From the NCBI GenBank assembly GCA_964291405.2, contig OZ219926.1, positions 96,001 to 160,000 of the forward strand: DNA of 64,000 nt. The letters run 5' to 3'. The DNA is from Thermodesulfobacteriota bacterium (GTDB taxonomy: Bacteria > Desulfobacterota > Binatia > Bin18). Under the pieces are notes generated by a model. That model was not told the origin of the DNA. It made no database searches and was given only the letters and a program-made list of their open reading frames with translations. Shown in pieces: positions 19,228 to 32,640 of the stretch; positions within the stretch are counted from its first letter, which is position 1; the number at the start of each line of letters is the position of its first letter. Made by a program: the position numbers and the translations under genes.

Positions 19228-20241
19228 ATGCAGCGATATGGAATCGCTCTTTTTACGCCGACGATCCGCGACATGATGGAAATCGCTCAACTCGCAGATG
19301 AGGCCGGCTTTGATTCTCTTTGGAACGGCGAGTTTTTTAATCGCAATAGCCTAGTCACCTTAGCCGCGGTTGCCACGTGTACCCAGCGCGCCAAAATTGC
19401 GACCGGTATTGCCTATGCGTATATGCGGAACCCGGTGCTGAATGCGACCGGGGCAATGGATATTGACGAACTCTCGAACGGCCGTCTGATTCTTGGCTTA
19501 GGGAGTGGGACCCGTTCCATGAACGAAATGTGGTACGGAGAAAAGTTCGAGCCCCGCTCGGCGTTGAAAATGAAAGAATGTGTTGCACTGATCAGGAAAA
19601 TATGGGCATCGCACGCGGGCGGTGGGGTGAAGTTTGAGGGCGACTATTACAGCTTGAACATCCCTGCGTACGCGCGTCCGCATATCGTCCGTGACCGTAT
19701 TCCTCTCTATCTGGCGGCGGTACAAAAGGGCATGTTGCGGACGACTGGCGAGATTGCCGACGGCTTAGTCGGCCACCCGCTCTACAGCCGTAAATATATC
19801 GCGGAATTCATTCGACCGAATATAGAGGTCGGAGCGAAGCGGGCGGGTCGGAACTCTAAGGATGTTGACATGACGATGCTGCTGATCACCGCTATCAGCC
19901 ATGATCACAAGCAAGCCATACGCGAGGCGAAAAATCAGATCGCCTTTTATGCCTCGGTAAAATCCTACGAGGGCATTCTGAATCTGCATGGTTGGGAGGA
20001 ACAAAAACGGACGATATGGGAACATTTCAGAACCTTTAACCTGCCAAAGATGGCGGCTGCCGTGACCGACGATATGGTCGAACAAATCGCAATCGCAGGC
20101 ACGCCGGAAGAATGTCGTGAGCAGATTGAGAAATGGAAAGGCGTGGTGGACCTGCCTATTCTGTATACACCAACGGCTGGGGTAAGGGCTGATCGTGTAC
20201 GAGAGAATCACAGACTCATTGTTGAGACGTTTGGTCAGTAA
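19228..20241 (+). CDS. LLM class flavin-dependent (possibly F420) oxidoreductase
   Basis: ADEAGFDSLW, DELSNGRLILGLGSG, GEIADG, AGTPEEC. Confidence 0.9.
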   Translation: MQRYGIALFTPTIRDMMEIAQLADEAGFDSLWNGEFFNRNSLVTLAAVATCTQRAKIATGIAYAYMRNPVLNATGAMDIDELSNGRLILGLGSGTRSMNEMWYGEKFEPRSALKMKECVALIRKIWASHAGGGVKFEGDYYSLNIPAYARPHIVRDRIPLYLAAVQKGMLRTTGEIADGLVGHPLYSRKYIAEFIRPNIEVGAKRAGRNSKDVDMTMLLITAISHDHKQAIREAKNQIAFYASVKSYEGILNLHGWEEQKRTIWEHFRTFNLPKMAAAVTDDMVEQIAIAGTPEECREQIEKWKGVVDLPILYTPTAGVRADRVRENHRLIVETFGQ

Positions 20242-20279
20242 CATAATCCGAAAGAGAAGTGGGTGTCGTTAGAGAAAAA

Positions 20280-20295
20280 TGTTTCGTGTGAAACA
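20280..20295. promoter_or_regulatory. parS-like site
   Basis: TGTTTCGTGTGAAACA, 14/16 match to the parS consensus TGTTTCACGTGAAACA; intergenic. Confidence 0.7.
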
Positions 20296-20540
20296 GGTAA
20301 GGTATTGGATGAGATAATTTAGTTTTTTAAGGATTTTCTCTGGTTGTTAAGATTGAAAAAATATCAAACAGTTAGATGGTAAGGTGGGAAATATTCTCAG
20401 GTAGAACATCACTTTTTGATATATGGTGATGTCGAGCCTGGAACGATTTTACAGTGTCATCTGTTCTCTCCATCGAGGGGGTACGGGAAGACTGAAGTCC
20501 AGCTATACCCAACCAGTGTTGATGAGCTAAAACTATTAAG

Positions 20541-21347
20541 GTGAATGGTGTGAGTGGAGATGCAGCCATCGGAATTTTTGACTCCGGCATAGGTGGACTC
20601 ACCGTCTATCAGCAAATTGCGACTCTCTTGCCTGCTGAAAGCCTGATATATCTCGGAGATACTGCGCGCTGTCCTTATGGGACAAAGTCACACGATGTTG
20701 TGACGCAATATGCGTGTGAGAATAGTGATTTTCTCGCCGAACGGAATATCAAGATGCTAGTGGTGGCGTGTAATACGGCCTCGGCAGTGGCACTCATGGC
20801 TTTACAAGAACGCTACGCTATACCCGTTATCGGTGTGATACAGCCTGGTGCTTCGGCGGCCGTCCGGTTGAGTCGAAATAAAAAAATAGGAGTGATAGGG
20901 ACCGAGGCAACTATCGCGAGTGGAGCGTATACAAAAGCGCTGCGCGCCTTAGACCCGTCTCTTGAGATTTATACGCGCGCGTGCCCACTGCTTGTTCCGT
21001 TAGTGGAGGAGGGCTGGGTGGAGAACGAGGTGGCCCACTCGACCGTAGCGACGTATCTCAGCAGCCTCAAACAGAGTGGTATAGATACGTTGATTTTAGG
21101 CTGCACGCATTATCCTTTATTAAAAAGGACGATTGCGGCATATCTGGGAGAGCATGTACAGCTCATTGATTCTGCTGAGGAAACGGCCAAGGTGGTGAGC
21201 GCAACCTTATTAGCTGACCACCGGACCCAGTTGAATGGACCGGGACGGGGTAGCTTTTTCGTCACAGACAGCCCGGACCAGTTCATTAAAGTTGGTGCTC
21301 GCTTTCTCGGTGACGTGGTTGAATCAGCAGTGCGTCTGGAACGTTAA
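20541..21347 (+). CDS. murI: Glutamate racemase
   Basis: [23 protein letters not shown]. Confidence 0.97.
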   Translation: MNGVSGDAAIGIFDSGIGGLTVYQQIATLLPAESLIYLGDTARCPYGTKSHDVVTQYACENSDFLAERNIKMLVVACNTASAVALMALQERYAIPVIGVIQPGASAAVRLSRNKKIGVIGTEATIASGAYTKALRALDPSLEIYTRACPLLVPLVEEGWVENEVAHSTVATYLSSLKQSGIDTLILGCTHYPLLKRTIAAYLGEHVQLIDSAEETAKVVSATLLADHRTQLNGPGRGSFFVTDSPDQFIKVGARFLGDVVESAVRLER

Positions 21348-21367
21348 TATCTAAAGGTAACACGATC

Positions 21368-24300
21368 ATGTTAGCACGTTTGGCACAGAAGATTTTTGGG
21401 AGCAAAAACGAACGCGAGCTCAAACGCATGCGCCCGTTAGTGGAAGAGATCGGGCAGCTTGAACCTGAACTGCAACCGCTCGGCATGGATGAACTGCGAG
21501 CGAAAACGGATACCTTCCGCAGCCGAATCCAAGAGGCCACTGCAGCGACACGAATACAGTTGGATGAGATTGCACGGCAGGCGGCCGAGATTGCTCCAGA
21601 AGGGGTCCCTGACGAAGATGATCTGGAAAAGTTGGACTACTTCCAAGAGGAACGAACCAGCCTGGAAAAAGAACTTCGCGCGGCGGAAGCTGATGTGCTT
21701 GAGGATATTCTGCCCGAAGCCTATGCGACAGTCCGCGAAGTCTCGCGTCGGGTCACCGGCATGCGTCATTTTGATAGCCAACTCCTCGGCGGTATTGTCC
21801 TCCATCAGGGCCGTATTGCCGAGATGAAAACGGGCGAAGGAAAGACGCTGGTCGCAACCCTATCGCTCTATCTCAACGCCCTGCTCGGTCGCGGATCACA
21901 TCTGGTAACGGTCAACGACTATCTGGCCCGACGGGACGTGCAGTGGATGGGGCCTATTTATCATGCCCTTGGGCTGTCCGTTGCTTCTATCGTACACGAC
22001 GCGAGTTTTATCTTTGACCCGACTCATGTGGTCAAAGATTATCGGTATATGAATCTTCGTCCGGTCAGTCGCAAAGAGGCCTATGCGGCCGATATCACCT
22101 ATGGAACGAATAACGAATACGGCTTCGACTACTTACGCGATAACATGAAGTTCAACCTTGAAGATTATGTTCAGCGTGAATTGCATTTTGCCATTGTTGA
22201 TGAAGTGGATAACATCTTGATTGACGAAGCCCGGACACCGCTTATTATTTCCGGTCCGGCAGAAGAATCCACACAGAAGTATTACTCGCTCAATCGAGTC
22301 ATTCCGCGTCTCCAGCGCGAGGTGGATTACGCCATTGACGAAAAACTCAGAACTGCAACGCTCACCGAAGAAGGAGTGGCGAAAGTTGAGCGTATTCTCG
22401 GCGTGCGTAACCTGTACGACCCGTCTGAGATCGGGACCTTACACCATGTCAACCAGGCGTTGAAAGCGCATGCCATTTTTAAGCGCGACGTTGACTATGT
22501 GATTAAGGATGGCGAAGTCGTCATCGTTGATGAATTTACCGGTCGTCTCATGCCCGGCCGACGCTGGTCGGATGGGCTGCATCAAGCCGTCGAAGCCAAG
22601 GAGGGCGTCCGGATTCGTGAGGAAAATCAAACCCTTGCGAGTATAACGATCCAGAATTACTTCCGCATGTACGATAAATTGGGAGGCATGACCGGAACTG
22701 CGGATACGGAAGCGGTTGAATTCAAGAAAATCTACGATCTTGATGTGGTGGTGATTCCACCCAACCGTCCCATGGTCCGAATGGACCACCCCGACGTGGT
22801 GTACAAGACCGAGCGTGAGAAATTCGAGGCCGTGATTGACGATATCCTCGACTGCTACGAGCGAGGACAACCCGTATTGGTCGGTACAATTTCAGTCGAG
22901 AAGTCCGAACATCTGGGTAGACTCCTCAAGAGAAAAAAGATTAAGCACAATGTCCTCAATGCGGTTAACCACGAGGCTGAGGCGAACATTATTGCCCAGG
23001 CGGGTCGTTTTGGTGCGGTGACTATTGCCACGAATATGGCCGGTCGGGGGACTGATATTTTGCTTGGCGGGAATCCGGAATTCCTGGCTCGCTCCGATAT
23101 TGAAAAAAAATGGGTCAATAAGGCCAGTGCCGCTCGGACCAAGAAAAATGCAAAAACAGCGGCCACAACGGAAAAGAGCTACGAAGACCGACTGGAAGAG
23201 ATTCGTGCCGAGTATAATGCTGCGATCACTCAGGCCCAGGAAAAATATGAACCTCAATGGACTCCTTTCGAGGAGGCCCGTAACGCGGCATTGAAACGGA
23301 TGACGGAGACCTATCGCCCCTATCTCCACGCCACGCTGCAGAAAGCTCGGGCCGACTATGGGGAGGCAATGCAGCTGATCGATACGACGCACGGCTCTCT
23401 TTCATCGGCGCAATTGGAGACGTATAGCCAGGTGCGAGAAGCGTATGAGTCGGCATTGTCAGAATATGACAAGGTGGTTGGTCCGGCGCTGAATGAAGAA
23501 CAACAACAAGAATATGAGACTGCGCGCGCTGATTTCATTGCAGTATTGACTGAAGACGGGATGGAGGAGGGGGAGGCGTCTGAGCGCCTTAACCTGAACC
23601 GAAGCCGCTATGAAGGATGGCTGGAAGATTACTGTCAGTCCATTATCCAGATGACCGGCTTAGCCCTGAGTGAAAACGGCCGTGTACAAGAGGAATACGA
23701 AGACGCCCGCCGGGCATATGAAGAAAACCAGCAAGCCTACCAGGATGCTGACCAACGCTACGAAGAGGCGCGGAAACCGTATGAAGCCGCTGTCGCTGAG
23801 GTAGAGCGTGTGTACGAGCAACAGCGTAAGGATCATGTTCAGGTCATAGAAGAGGTCCGGGAACAGCTTGAGAAAGCACCTGACGCGTATAGCCAGGATT
23901 TCAACGAAGTTCTTGAGAAGTACGAGAAAACGTGCAGCGAGGAGCGAGAAAAAGTTGTTGCTGCCGGTGGTGTACACATTTTGGGGACTGAGCGTCACGA
24001 GTCCCGGCGAATTGATAACCAACTCCGCGGGCGTGCGGGACGCCAGGGAGACCCCGGTTCATCCAGATTTTTCCTCTCGCTCGAAGATGACCTCCTGCGC
24101 ATTTTTGGCGCAGAACGCGTACAGAAAATAATGGACCGGCTGGGCATGGAAGAGGGGGAACCCATAGAAGCCGGACTCGTCACCCGGGCTATCGAAAATG
24201 CCCAGGGGCGAGTCGAGGGCCATAACTTCGATATCCGAAAACATCTGCTGGAATACGATGACGTGATTAACAAACAGCGTGAAGTCATCTATGAGCAGCG

Positions 24301-25048
24301 CCGGGGATTCCTGGCCGGCGAGAATTTGAAAGGTCAGGTACTGGAAATTGTTGAAGGGATGGCTGAAGAAAGTGTGCTGAACTATGCAGATAAAGGAATC
24401 GACCCGGCGGAGTGGGACTGGAAAGGGCTTGATGACACGGTGTTTCGCCAGTTCAATATGCGTCTTGGCTTAAGTGAGGAACAGCAAGAAGAGTTGATAA
24501 CGGAAGATCTCCAGGATTTGGTGCGAGACCGGGCGCTCCAACACTATGAAGAGCGTGAACAGTCTTTTACCCCGCCCGTTATGCGGTATCTCGAAAAGGT
24601 GATCATGCTGCAAACCGTGGACAGTCTATGGAAAGATCATCTGTTTGCCATGGATCACCTCAAAGAAGGGATTGGGCTGCGCGGCTACGGTCAGAAAAAC
24701 CCCCTGCAAGAGTATAAGAAAGAGGCATTTAATCTTTTTGATGACCTCTCCCGTCGGATGCAGGAAGATGTTGTTGAGAAGCTCTATAGCGTCCAAGTCG
24801 CACGCCAGGAAGATGTCCAGCGGATGGAGGAAGGACAGGCTGCCCAACGGTCCATGCAGATGTTGCACGGCGGACAGGCAACGCTCCAACAACCACAGCC
24901 AGCGACGCGAGCGGCACAGGGAGGACCGAATGGACAGCCGCCCGTGGAACGGCCCGTCCAGGCCATACGGGATACGCCCAAGGTTGGTCGGAACGCACCC
25001 TGTCCGTGTGGTAGCGGCAAGAAATACAAGAAGTGTCACGGCGCATAA
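21368..25048 (+). CDS. secA: Preprotein translocase subunit SecA with large insertions
   Basis: [44 protein letters not shown]-terminal [13 protein letters not shown]. Confidence 0.98.
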   Translation: MLARLAQKIFGSKNERELKRMRPLVEEIGQLEPELQPLGMDELRAKTDTFRSRIQEATAATRIQLDEIARQAAEIAPEGVPDEDDLEKLDYFQEERTSLEKELRAAEADVLEDILPEAYATVREVSRRVTGMRHFDSQLLGGIVLHQGRIAEMKTGEGKTLVATLSLYLNALLGRGSHLVTVNDYLARRDVQWMGPIYHALGLSVASIVHDASFIFDPTHVVKDYRYMNLRPVSRKEAYAADITYGTNNEYGFDYLRDNMKFNLEDYVQRELHFAIVDEVDNILIDEARTPLIISGPAEESTQKYYSLNRVIPRLQREVDYAIDEKLRTATLTEEGVAKVERILGVRNLYDPSEIGTLHHVNQALKAHAIFKRDVDYVIKDGEVVIVDEFTGRLMPGRRWSDGLHQAVEAKEGVRIREENQTLASITIQNYFRMYDKLGGMTGTADTEAVEFKKIYDLDVVVIPPNRPMVRMDHPDVVYKTEREKFEAVIDDILDCYERGQPVLVGTISVEKSEHLGRLLKRKKIKHNVLNAVNHEAEANIIAQAGRFGAVTIATNMAGRGTDILLGGNPEFLARSDIEKKWVNKASAARTKKNAKTAATTEKSYEDRLEEIRAEYNAAITQAQEKYEPQWTPFEEARNAALKRMTETYRPYLHATLQKARADYGEAMQLIDTTHGSLSSAQLETYSQVREAYESALSEYDKVVGPALNEEQQQEYETARADFIAVLTEDGMEEGEASERLNLNRSRYEGWLEDYCQSIIQMTGLALSENGRVQEEYEDARRAYEENQQAYQDADQRYEEARKPYEAAVAEVERVYEQQRKDHVQVIEEVREQLEKAPDAYSQDFNEVLEKYEKTCSEEREKVVAAGGVHILGTERHESRRIDNQLRGRAGRQGDPGSSRFFLSLEDDLLRIFGAERVQKIMDRLGMEEGEPIEAGLVTRAIENAQGRVEGHNFDIRKHLLEYDDVINKQREVIYEQRRGFLAGENLKGQVLEIVEGMAEESVLNYADKGIDPAEWDWKGLDDTVFRQFNMRLGLSEEQQEELITEDLQDLVRDRALQHYEEREQSFTPPVMRYLEKVIMLQTVDSLWKDHLFAMDHLKEGIGLRGYGQKNPLQEYKKEAFNLFDDLSRRMQEDVVEKLYSVQVARQEDVQRMEEGQAAQRSMQMLHGGQATLQQPQPATRAAQGGPNGQPPVERPVQAIRDTPKVGRNAPCPCGSGKKYKKCHGA

Positions 25049-25058
25049 GAGTCAAGTC

Positions 25059-26267
25059 ATGAAGATCACCGTCAAAAAATCCCCGGTTGTCATTCCCGGA
25101 TTCCGATTTTCCGGGGTGGCCTGCGGGCTCAAAGCAAGCGGCAAAAAGGATCTGTCGCTGCTGGTATCGGACGTACCGGCGACGGCTGTTGCCGCATTCA
25201 CGACGAACCAAGTTAAAGCAGCGCCTGTCGCCATAGGTGAGGAGCGTCTCCGGACTGGACATCTGCAAGCTATTGTCGTCAACAGCGGGAATGCCAACGC
25301 TTCGACTGCTCAACCCGGACTCAAGCTGGCCCAGGACACCTGCGCTCTGGTCGGCCGTGAACTTGCTATTGATGCACAACTGGTGCTGCCGTCATCTACA
25401 GGGGTGATCGGTGTGCTGCCCGACTGGCAGAAAATGCGGATCGGTATTCCCGCTGCCGTTGCGGCCCTGTCGCCGCGCGGCTTCTGGAATGCCGTGGCCG
25501 GCATCATGACGACCGATGCCTTTCCCAAGGTCGTGACTCGACAGGTGAAACTGAACGGCCGGACTCTGACCATCGCTGGTATGGCTAAGGGAGCCGGTAT
25601 GATTAACCCGAACATGGCGACCATGCTGTGCTATGTGTGCACCGATGCAACTGTGAGCCGGGCTGCGCTCCAGCAGGTGCTCGACCAGACTTTGCCCGAT
25701 TCTTTCAACGCGATCTCCGTGGATGGTGATACCAGTACAAATGACACCCTGCTTCTGCTCGCCAACGGGCAGGCCGGTAACCGGGAGATTACGCCGCGCA
25801 GCCGCGGGTATGCGGCCTTTCGAGACGCAGTCCGGGAAGTCCTGTGCAGTCTGGCCAGAATGTGTGTCAAAGACGGGGAGGGGGCGACCAAGGTTGTCGA
25901 TATTTATGTCAACGGCGCAAAGAATACTGCGGACGCGGAAAAAGTCGCCCGCAGTATCGCCTATTCGCCCTTGGTCAAAACGGCCTTTTTCGGAGGCGAC
26001 CCGAACTGGGGACGCATTGCCTGCGCGGTAGGCTATGCGGGCGCGCAATTGGATCAGGACCGGCTGGCCATCAGTGTTGGCGATGTTCCCATCGGCCGCA
26101 ACGGTATGAGTACTGGGTCGCGCAATGAGCAACGGGCCGCCCGGATTATGCAACAGGACGAGTTCTCCATAGATGTCCATTTACATCTGGGTCGGGGCCG
26201 CGCCCACGTCGTTACCTCCGACCTGTCCACCGGCTATGTCCACTTTAACTCGGCGTATACGACCTAG
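25059..26267 (+). CDS. argJ: Ornithine acetyltransferase/N-acetylglutamate synthase
   Basis: NSGNANA, STGVIG, IMTTD, KGAGMINPNMATML, DGEGATK; ATG 25059. Confidence 0.96.
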   Translation: MKITVKKSPVVIPGFRFSGVACGLKASGKKDLSLLVSDVPATAVAAFTTNQVKAAPVAIGEERLRTGHLQAIVVNSGNANASTAQPGLKLAQDTCALVGRELAIDAQLVLPSSTGVIGVLPDWQKMRIGIPAAVAALSPRGFWNAVAGIMTTDAFPKVVTRQVKLNGRTLTIAGMAKGAGMINPNMATMLCYVCTDATVSRAALQQVLDQTLPDSFNAISVDGDTSTNDTLLLLANGQAGNREITPRSRGYAAFRDAVREVLCSLARMCVKDGEGATKVVDIYVNGAKNTADAEKVARSIAYSPLVKTAFFGGDPNWGRIACAVGYAGAQLDQDRLAISVGDVPIGRNGMSTGSRNEQRAARIMQQDEFSIDVHLHLGRGRAHVVTSDLSTGYVHFNSAYTT

Positions 26268-27449
26268 TTAGCGGCCCTTGGGCAGTTGGAGGACACGTTC
26301 GGCGATGATGTTGCGCAGGATTTCGGACGTGCCACCCTCAATGGTATTGGCCCGGGCGCGGAGAAAGCCGTACTGCCAATAATGTTCCGCGTCGGCTTCA
26401 CCATAGAGCTGACCGGCTGTCCCCTGCATCTTGACGGCAAAGTCTTGCATGCGCTGGTTAGTTTCGGCCCAATGCAGCTTGGCAATCGAGCCTTCTGGTC
26501 CTGCCGGGTTGCCGCGCAGAAGCCGTGTCAAGGCGCGATAATTATTCAACTTCAAGACTTCGCAATCGATATATGCCTGGGCCATTTTCTGGCGGAGTCG
26601 AGGGTCCGTCCGACCTGAGGCCGAGCTGGAATCGCACAGCCAGGCACGCAGGTCGTCGTACGTCCGTTTTTGGGCGAAGGTAAAATAGAAACCCAGCCCC
26701 TGCCGCTCAAACATGAGCGAAGTAATAATGACCTTCCAGCCCTGGTTCACTTCTCCCAGAAGATTGGCCTTCGGGACCTGGACGCTCTCGAAGAAGACCT
26801 CGTTAAACTCGCTCTCGCCCGTCATAGTACGCAGCGGCTTAATCGTAATGCCCGGACTCTTCATATCAACCAGGAGGGCTGACAGGCCATTATGTTTTGG
26901 CGCGTCCGGGTCGGTCCGTACCAGAAGTAAGCACCAGTTGGCATAGCGGGCTAAACTCGTCCACACTTTCTGGCCATTCACTAAAAAATAATCGCCCTGG
27001 TCAACCGCGCGGGTCTGGAGCGAGCCCAGGTCCGAGCCCGAGTTTGGCTCGGAATAGCCCTGGCTCCAGATATCCTCGCCGCTCAAGATGGCGGCTAAAT
27101 GTTTTTTTTTCTGCTCTTCAGTCCCATAGACAATAATCGTCGGTCCGACGATCTCCAAACCCAAGACATTCAGCAATCCAGGTGCTTTATGGTTGGCCAT
27201 TTCTTCATCAAAGATCATCCGTTCGATCAGAGAAGCACCACGGCCGCCGTACTCTTTAGGCCAGGAAATCCCGGCCCAGCCACCTTCGTACACTGTGCGT
27301 TGCCAGTCTTTCAGAAAGGCGAGGTCCGAGGCTGAAGCCTGCGGCTGGAGATGACGTAACGGGCCAGTGTTTTGTGGAACGTTGACCGCAAGCCAAGTGC
27401 GGAGTTCCTGCCGAAAGGCCTCCTGCGCCGGGGTAAAATGAAAATTCAT
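26268..27449 (-). CDS. Acyl-CoA dehydrogenase
   Basis: QGYSEPNSGSDL, NGQKVWTS, TIEGGTSEILRN. Confidence 0.95.
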   Translation of the reverse strand: MNFHFTPAQEAFRQELRTWLAVNVPQNTGPLRHLQPQASASDLAFLKDWQRTVYEGGWAGISWPKEYGGRGASLIERMIFDEEMANHKAPGLLNVLGLEIVGPTIIVYGTEEQKKKHLAAILSGEDIWSQGYSEPNSGSDLGSLQTRAVDQGDYFLVNGQKVWTSLARYANWCLLLVRTDPDAPKHNGLSALLVDMKSPGITIKPLRTMTGESEFNEVFFESVQVPKANLLGEVNQGWKVIITSLMFERQGLGFYFTFAQKRTYDDLRAWLCDSSSASGRTDPRLRQKMAQAYIDCEVLKLNNYRALTRLLRGNPAGPEGSIAKLHWAETNQRMQDFAVKMQGTAGQLYGEADAEHYWQYGFLRARANTIEGGTSEILRNIIAERVLQLPKGR

Positions 27450-27480
27450 GCTGGGCTCCTGTGCTGGAACAGTCGAATCG

Positions 27481-28926
27481 CTATTGAGAGAGCTGTTGCC
27501 GTAAGAGGGTATTGACTATCTGGGGATTGGCCTTGCCCTGGGTGGCGCGCATGACCTGCCCGACAAAGAAGCCGAGTAGTTTTTCTTTGCCGCCACGATA
27601 GGCTTCTACTTTGTCCGGGTTGGCCGTCAAGACCTTGGCAATAGCAGCCTGCAAAGTGTCGGTGTCGCTGACTTGGCGCAGTCCTTTGGCTTCGATAATT
27701 GTTGCCGGGTCGTGTCCGGTTTGGCGCATTTCTTCGTAGACGGTCTTGGCAATAGTCGTGCTGATGGTGTTGTCTTGTATCAATCCGATTAACCTACCCA
27801 AGTGCTCGGGCGGACACGGCCAAGTCTCGATTTTCAGCGCCGTGTCCAGTTTTTCTTCCTTGATGAAACGCAGTACGCTGTCCATGGCCCAGTTGCTGAC
27901 GACTTTGGGTGCGGCGGGGCAGGCGCGCACGCTGGCCTCGAAATAGTCAGCCACATCCTTGCGGGCCGTCAGTACCTCGGCATCATAGGCCGGCAGGCCG
28001 TAGTCGTGTATGAAGCGCGCCCGCCGCGCAGCCGGCAACTCGGGTAGTTCGGCTCGAACGTGTTCGACCCAGGTCTGGTCCACGACCAGGGGTAACAAAT
28101 CCGGGTCGGGGAAATAGCGGTAATCGTGGGCGAACTCCTTGCTGCGCATGGGCCGGGTCACCTCTCGGTCTGCGTCCCAGAGGCGAGTTTCCTGGACGAC
28201 CCGCCCGCCGGCCTCGACGACCTCGGTCTGGCGCTGAATTTCGTGCTCGATTGCCTTTTCGACGGCCCGAAACGAATTGAGGTTCTTGATCTCTGCTCTG
28301 GTGCCGAACTCGGTCTGCCCCTGCGGACGTATGGAGACGTTGGCATCACAACGCAGGCTGCCTTCTTCCATATTACCATCACAGACCTCGATATACTGGA
28401 GCAGGGCTCGCAAGCTACGCAGATAATTGCCCGCTTCCGCGGCAGACCGGATATCCGGTTCGCTGACAATCTCCAATAAGGGAACACCGGTACGATTCAG
28501 GTCAACAAGACTCGCGCCTGCCTCGGCATCATGGATGCTCTTGCCGGCGTCTTCCTCCATATGAATTCGGGTTAAGCGCACCTTTTTTGCTTGGCCTTGG
28601 TCGGCGACCTCAACATAACCGCGTTCGGCAATGGGCAGCTCGTACATGCTGATCTGGTAGCCCTTGGGCAGGTCGGGATAAAAATAGTTTTTCCGTGCCC
28701 AGCGGCTCGAGGGCGCAATCGTGCAATGCGTAGCCAGTGCGGCGCGAAGGGCGAAATCAACGACCTTCTTATTAAGTACGGGCAAGACCCCGGGCAGACC
28801 CAGGCAGACCGGGCAGGTATGCTGGTTGGGCGCTGCACCGAAGCGGGTGGAACAACCACAAAAGATTTTTGACTCGGTCAGTAACTGGGCGTGCACTTCC
28901 AGGCCAATGACGGGTTCGTAGGACAT
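27481..28926 (-). CDS. gatB: Asp/Glu-tRNA amidotransferase subunit B
   Basis: [40 protein letters not shown]. Confidence 0.98.
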   Translation of the reverse strand: MSYEPVIGLEVHAQLLTESKIFCGCSTRFGAAPNQHTCPVCLGLPGVLPVLNKKVVDFALRAALATHCTIAPSSRWARKNYFYPDLPKGYQISMYELPIAERGYVEVADQGQAKKVRLTRIHMEEDAGKSIHDAEAGASLVDLNRTGVPLLEIVSEPDIRSAAEAGNYLRSLRALLQYIEVCDGNMEEGSLRCDANVSIRPQGQTEFGTRAEIKNLNSFRAVEKAIEHEIQRQTEVVEAGGRVVQETRLWDADREVTRPMRSKEFAHDYRYFPDPDLLPLVVDQTWVEHVRAELPELPAARRARFIHDYGLPAYDAEVLTARKDVADYFEASVRACPAAPKVVSNWAMDSVLRFIKEEKLDTALKIETWPCPPEHLGRLIGLIQDNTISTTIAKTVYEEMRQTGHDPATIIEAKGLRQVSDTDTLQAAIAKVLTANPDKVEAYRGGKEKLLGFFVGQVMRATQGKANPQIVNTLLRQQLSQ

Positions 28927-28953
28927 GCTGTTACTCTATCTATATTGCTGCTG

Positions 28954-30414
28954 TTAGAGCGGTGGCTTACGGGTCCGCCAGTCATGATCCTGTTCGTACG
29001 CGTAACCAGCCTGGAGCAGGATCTCTTCATCAAAAGGGCGCCCTATCAACTGGAGTCCAATCGGCAAGCCGTGATGATCAAAGCCGCACGGTACGGATAG
29101 GCCAGGTAGACCTGCCAGATTGACCGCTATCGTAAAAATATCCGAAAGATACATCGTGAGCGGGTCCGCCAGCCTCTCTCCCAGTCGAAACGCGGTTGTC
29201 GGAGCGACCGGCGTTGCAATGATATCGCAGGCTTCAAAGGCACTCAGGAAATCCTGCCGAATCAGAGTCCGTACCTTCTGCGCCTTCACATAATAGGCAT
29301 CGTAATACCCAGCGGATAAGACATAGGTACCGAGTGCAATCCGCCGCTTAACCTCACTGCCAAATCCCTGGGCGCGGGTCGTTTGATACAGCTCTCCCAG
29401 GTCTTCAACCTCAGCCGCCCGGTAGCCATAGCGGACACCATCGTAGCGGGCTAGATTTGAGCTCGCCTCAGCCATGGCAATAATATAATAGCTTGCCACT
29501 GCATACTCGGTATGAGGGAGAGAGATCGGGACGATCTCTGCACCCAATGCTTGTAAGTGGGCAATCGCACTTTTGACCGCAGTTTCGACTTCCGGCTGCA
29601 TACCCTCAATAAAGTATTCTTGCGGTATGCCGATACGCAGACCGCTGACGCCTCGCTCCAGATGGGTGGTGTAGCTCGGCGTAGGTCTGTTGACAGAAGT
29701 CGAGTCACGGGTGTCATAGCCGGCAATTACATCTAGCAGGAGGGCGCAGTCCCGGACATCCTTGGTACACGGGCCGACTTGGTCCAGGGAGGATGCATAG
29801 GCCACGACACCAAACCGGCTCACCCGTCCATAGGTTGGTTTCAGACCGACAATACCACAGAAGGCGGCTGGCAGGCGAATGGAACCGCCCGTATCCGTTC
29901 CCAAGGCCGCACATGCCTGGTCGGCCGCAACGGATGCCGCCGACCCGCCGGATGAGCCGCCTGGTACCCGGTCCGTATCCCATGGATTACGGCAGGGGAC
30001 GAAAGCCGAATTTTCATTGGACGAACCCATCGCAAACTCGTCACAGTTGACCTTACCGATAATCACCGTACCCGCCTCCTTGAGGCGCTGTGTCACGGTA
30101 GCGTCATACGGTGAAATAAAGTGTTCGAGAATTTTTGAGCCTGCGGTTGAACGCACTCCCTGGGCAAGGATAACGTCCTTGAGCGCAATCGGAATACCAC
30201 ACAGCGGAGGTGGGGTCGCTCCGTTTGAAAGTGTCCGGTCTGCAGCTTCTGCCTGGGCGAGCGCTTCCTCGGTACACACGGTCAGGTATGAATGCAGGTG
30301 CCCATCTGTTGCTTGAATCCGATTCAGAACCGACTGTGCCAACTCGACCGCGCTGACTTCTCGAGCGCGCAGTTTTTCCTGGGCTTGATGAATGGTCAGG
30401 GCATAGTACGACAT
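28954..30414 (-). CDS. gatA: Asp/Glu-tRNA amidotransferase subunit A
   Basis: [36 protein letters not shown]. Confidence 0.98.
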   Translation of the reverse strand: MSYYALTIHQAQEKLRAREVSAVELAQSVLNRIQATDGHLHSYLTVCTEEALAQAEAADRTLSNGATPPPLCGIPIALKDVILAQGVRSTAGSKILEHFISPYDATVTQRLKEAGTVIIGKVNCDEFAMGSSNENSAFVPCRNPWDTDRVPGGSSGGSAASVAADQACAALGTDTGGSIRLPAAFCGIVGLKPTYGRVSRFGVVAYASSLDQVGPCTKDVRDCALLLDVIAGYDTRDSTSVNRPTPSYTTHLERGVSGLRIGIPQEYFIEGMQPEVETAVKSAIAHLQALGAEIVPISLPHTEYAVASYYIIAMAEASSNLARYDGVRYGYRAAEVEDLGELYQTTRAQGFGSEVKRRIALGTYVLSAGYYDAYYVKAQKVRTLIRQDFLSAFEACDIIATPVAPTTAFRLGERLADPLTMYLSDIFTIAVNLAGLPGLSVPCGFDHHGLPIGLQLIGRPFDEEILLQAGYAYEQDHDWRTRKPPL

Positions 30415-30416
30415 GT

Positions 30417-30713
30417 TTACTCAATGATTTTTGGAACGCGAAAGAAATGGGTTTTCCGACTCGGTGCATTCGCCAGCAGGGCGTCGGTTTGGGCGGCACT
30501 TGGCGTATTGGTGACAACATCATCTCGGAGCGGAGCAGACACCGCTACTGCGTGGGCGGTCGGCTCAACGCTGTCGGTCTGCAATTCGTCCAATTTATCG
30601 GCATAGGTTAAGATCGTATCAAAGTGCTGGGTCAGCTCCGCCAATTCTTCCTCTGCAAAAGACAGGCGGGCCAGTACGGCAACCTGTCGAACTTCATCCG
30701 GTGTAATACGCAT
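30417..30713 (-). CDS. gatC: Asp/Glu-tRNA amidotransferase subunit C
   Basis: VAVLARL…LRDD…NAP…FRVPKIIE; start at ATG 30713. Confidence 0.95.
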   Translation of the reverse strand: MRITPDEVRQVAVLARLSFAEEELAELTQHFDTILTYADKLDELQTDSVEPTAHAVAVSAPLRDDVVTNTPSAAQTDALLANAPSRKTHFFRVPKIIE

Positions 30714-30769
30714 AGGTGCTCTTCTTTCTGTGCGTGTCAGTGTGTCACACCACCCCTTGCAATTCAACA

Positions 30770-30822
30770 AAGAGTAAACGTGTCCTCCCATAGACAGGCA
30801 GATGCTGGACACGTTTACTCTT
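30770..30822. repeat. Dispersed palindromic element, copy 3 (perfect 16-bp arms)
   Basis: AAGAGTAAACGTGTCC-TCCCATAGACAGGCAGATGCT-GGACACGTTTACTCTT, between divergent gatC and yraN. Confidence 0.92.
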
Positions 30823-30888
30823 CGCGATAGGCCAGCCGTCGGAGGACGCTCTTGATCCACGCAAGCCGTGTCAGCTACCTTATTCTCT

Positions 30889-31269
30889 ATGGTGAGAGGT
30901 GACCGGCGACGCCTGTTCGGCCAACACGGCGAGCAACGCGCCGCACAGTTTTTACAGAGCCTCGGCTATACGATAGTGGACCGAAATTATCGATGTCATC
31001 GCGGAGAAATTGATCTCGTTGCGCAGGATAAAGAAACCATTGTCTTCGTGGAGGTCCGGACGCACCGCTCTCAGGAGTTCGGAAACCCTCTCGCCTCAGT
31101 AAACAAGCGGAAGCAACGCCAAATCGCCATGACTGCTCTCCATTATCTTTCGCGTTTCCAACTCCATGACCACGCTGCACGATTTGACGTCATTGGAATT
31201 ATGGGGGAAGGAGAGACTGCGCAACTGACCCATATCAAAGAGGCTTTTGAATTCCCAACTTCACGATAA
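30889..31269 (+). CDS. yraN: YraN (UPF0102) family protein
   Basis: GE…A…L…GY…RNYR…GEIDLVA…VFVEVR…RFDVI. Confidence 0.92.
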   Translation: MVRGDRRRLFGQHGEQRAAQFLQSLGYTIVDRNYRCHRGEIDLVAQDKETIVFVEVRTHRSQEFGNPLASVNKRKQRQIAMTALHYLSRFQLHDHAARFDVIGIMGEGETAQLTHIKEAFEFPTSR

Positions 31270-31279
31270 AGAGCGAAGT

Positions 31280-32559
<1,280 letters not shown>

Positions 32560-32640
32560 CCCGCTCCTTGAGGGGGGAGGGGGAGTTGACGACTGAGGGG
32601 CAGCCCGTTACTAAATTGCCCAAGAAAACGGCGAAACTCT

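Noticed and set aside
23086-23940. Intein in SecA
   Set aside because: No C/S…HN splice motifs or LAGLIDADG pattern; the segment is a charged helical repeat.
30714-30860. N-terminal extensions of gatC and of the SDR at 18295 in the ORF track
   Set aside because: They translate the palindromic repeat (shared GGHVYS peptide); better starts lie downstream.
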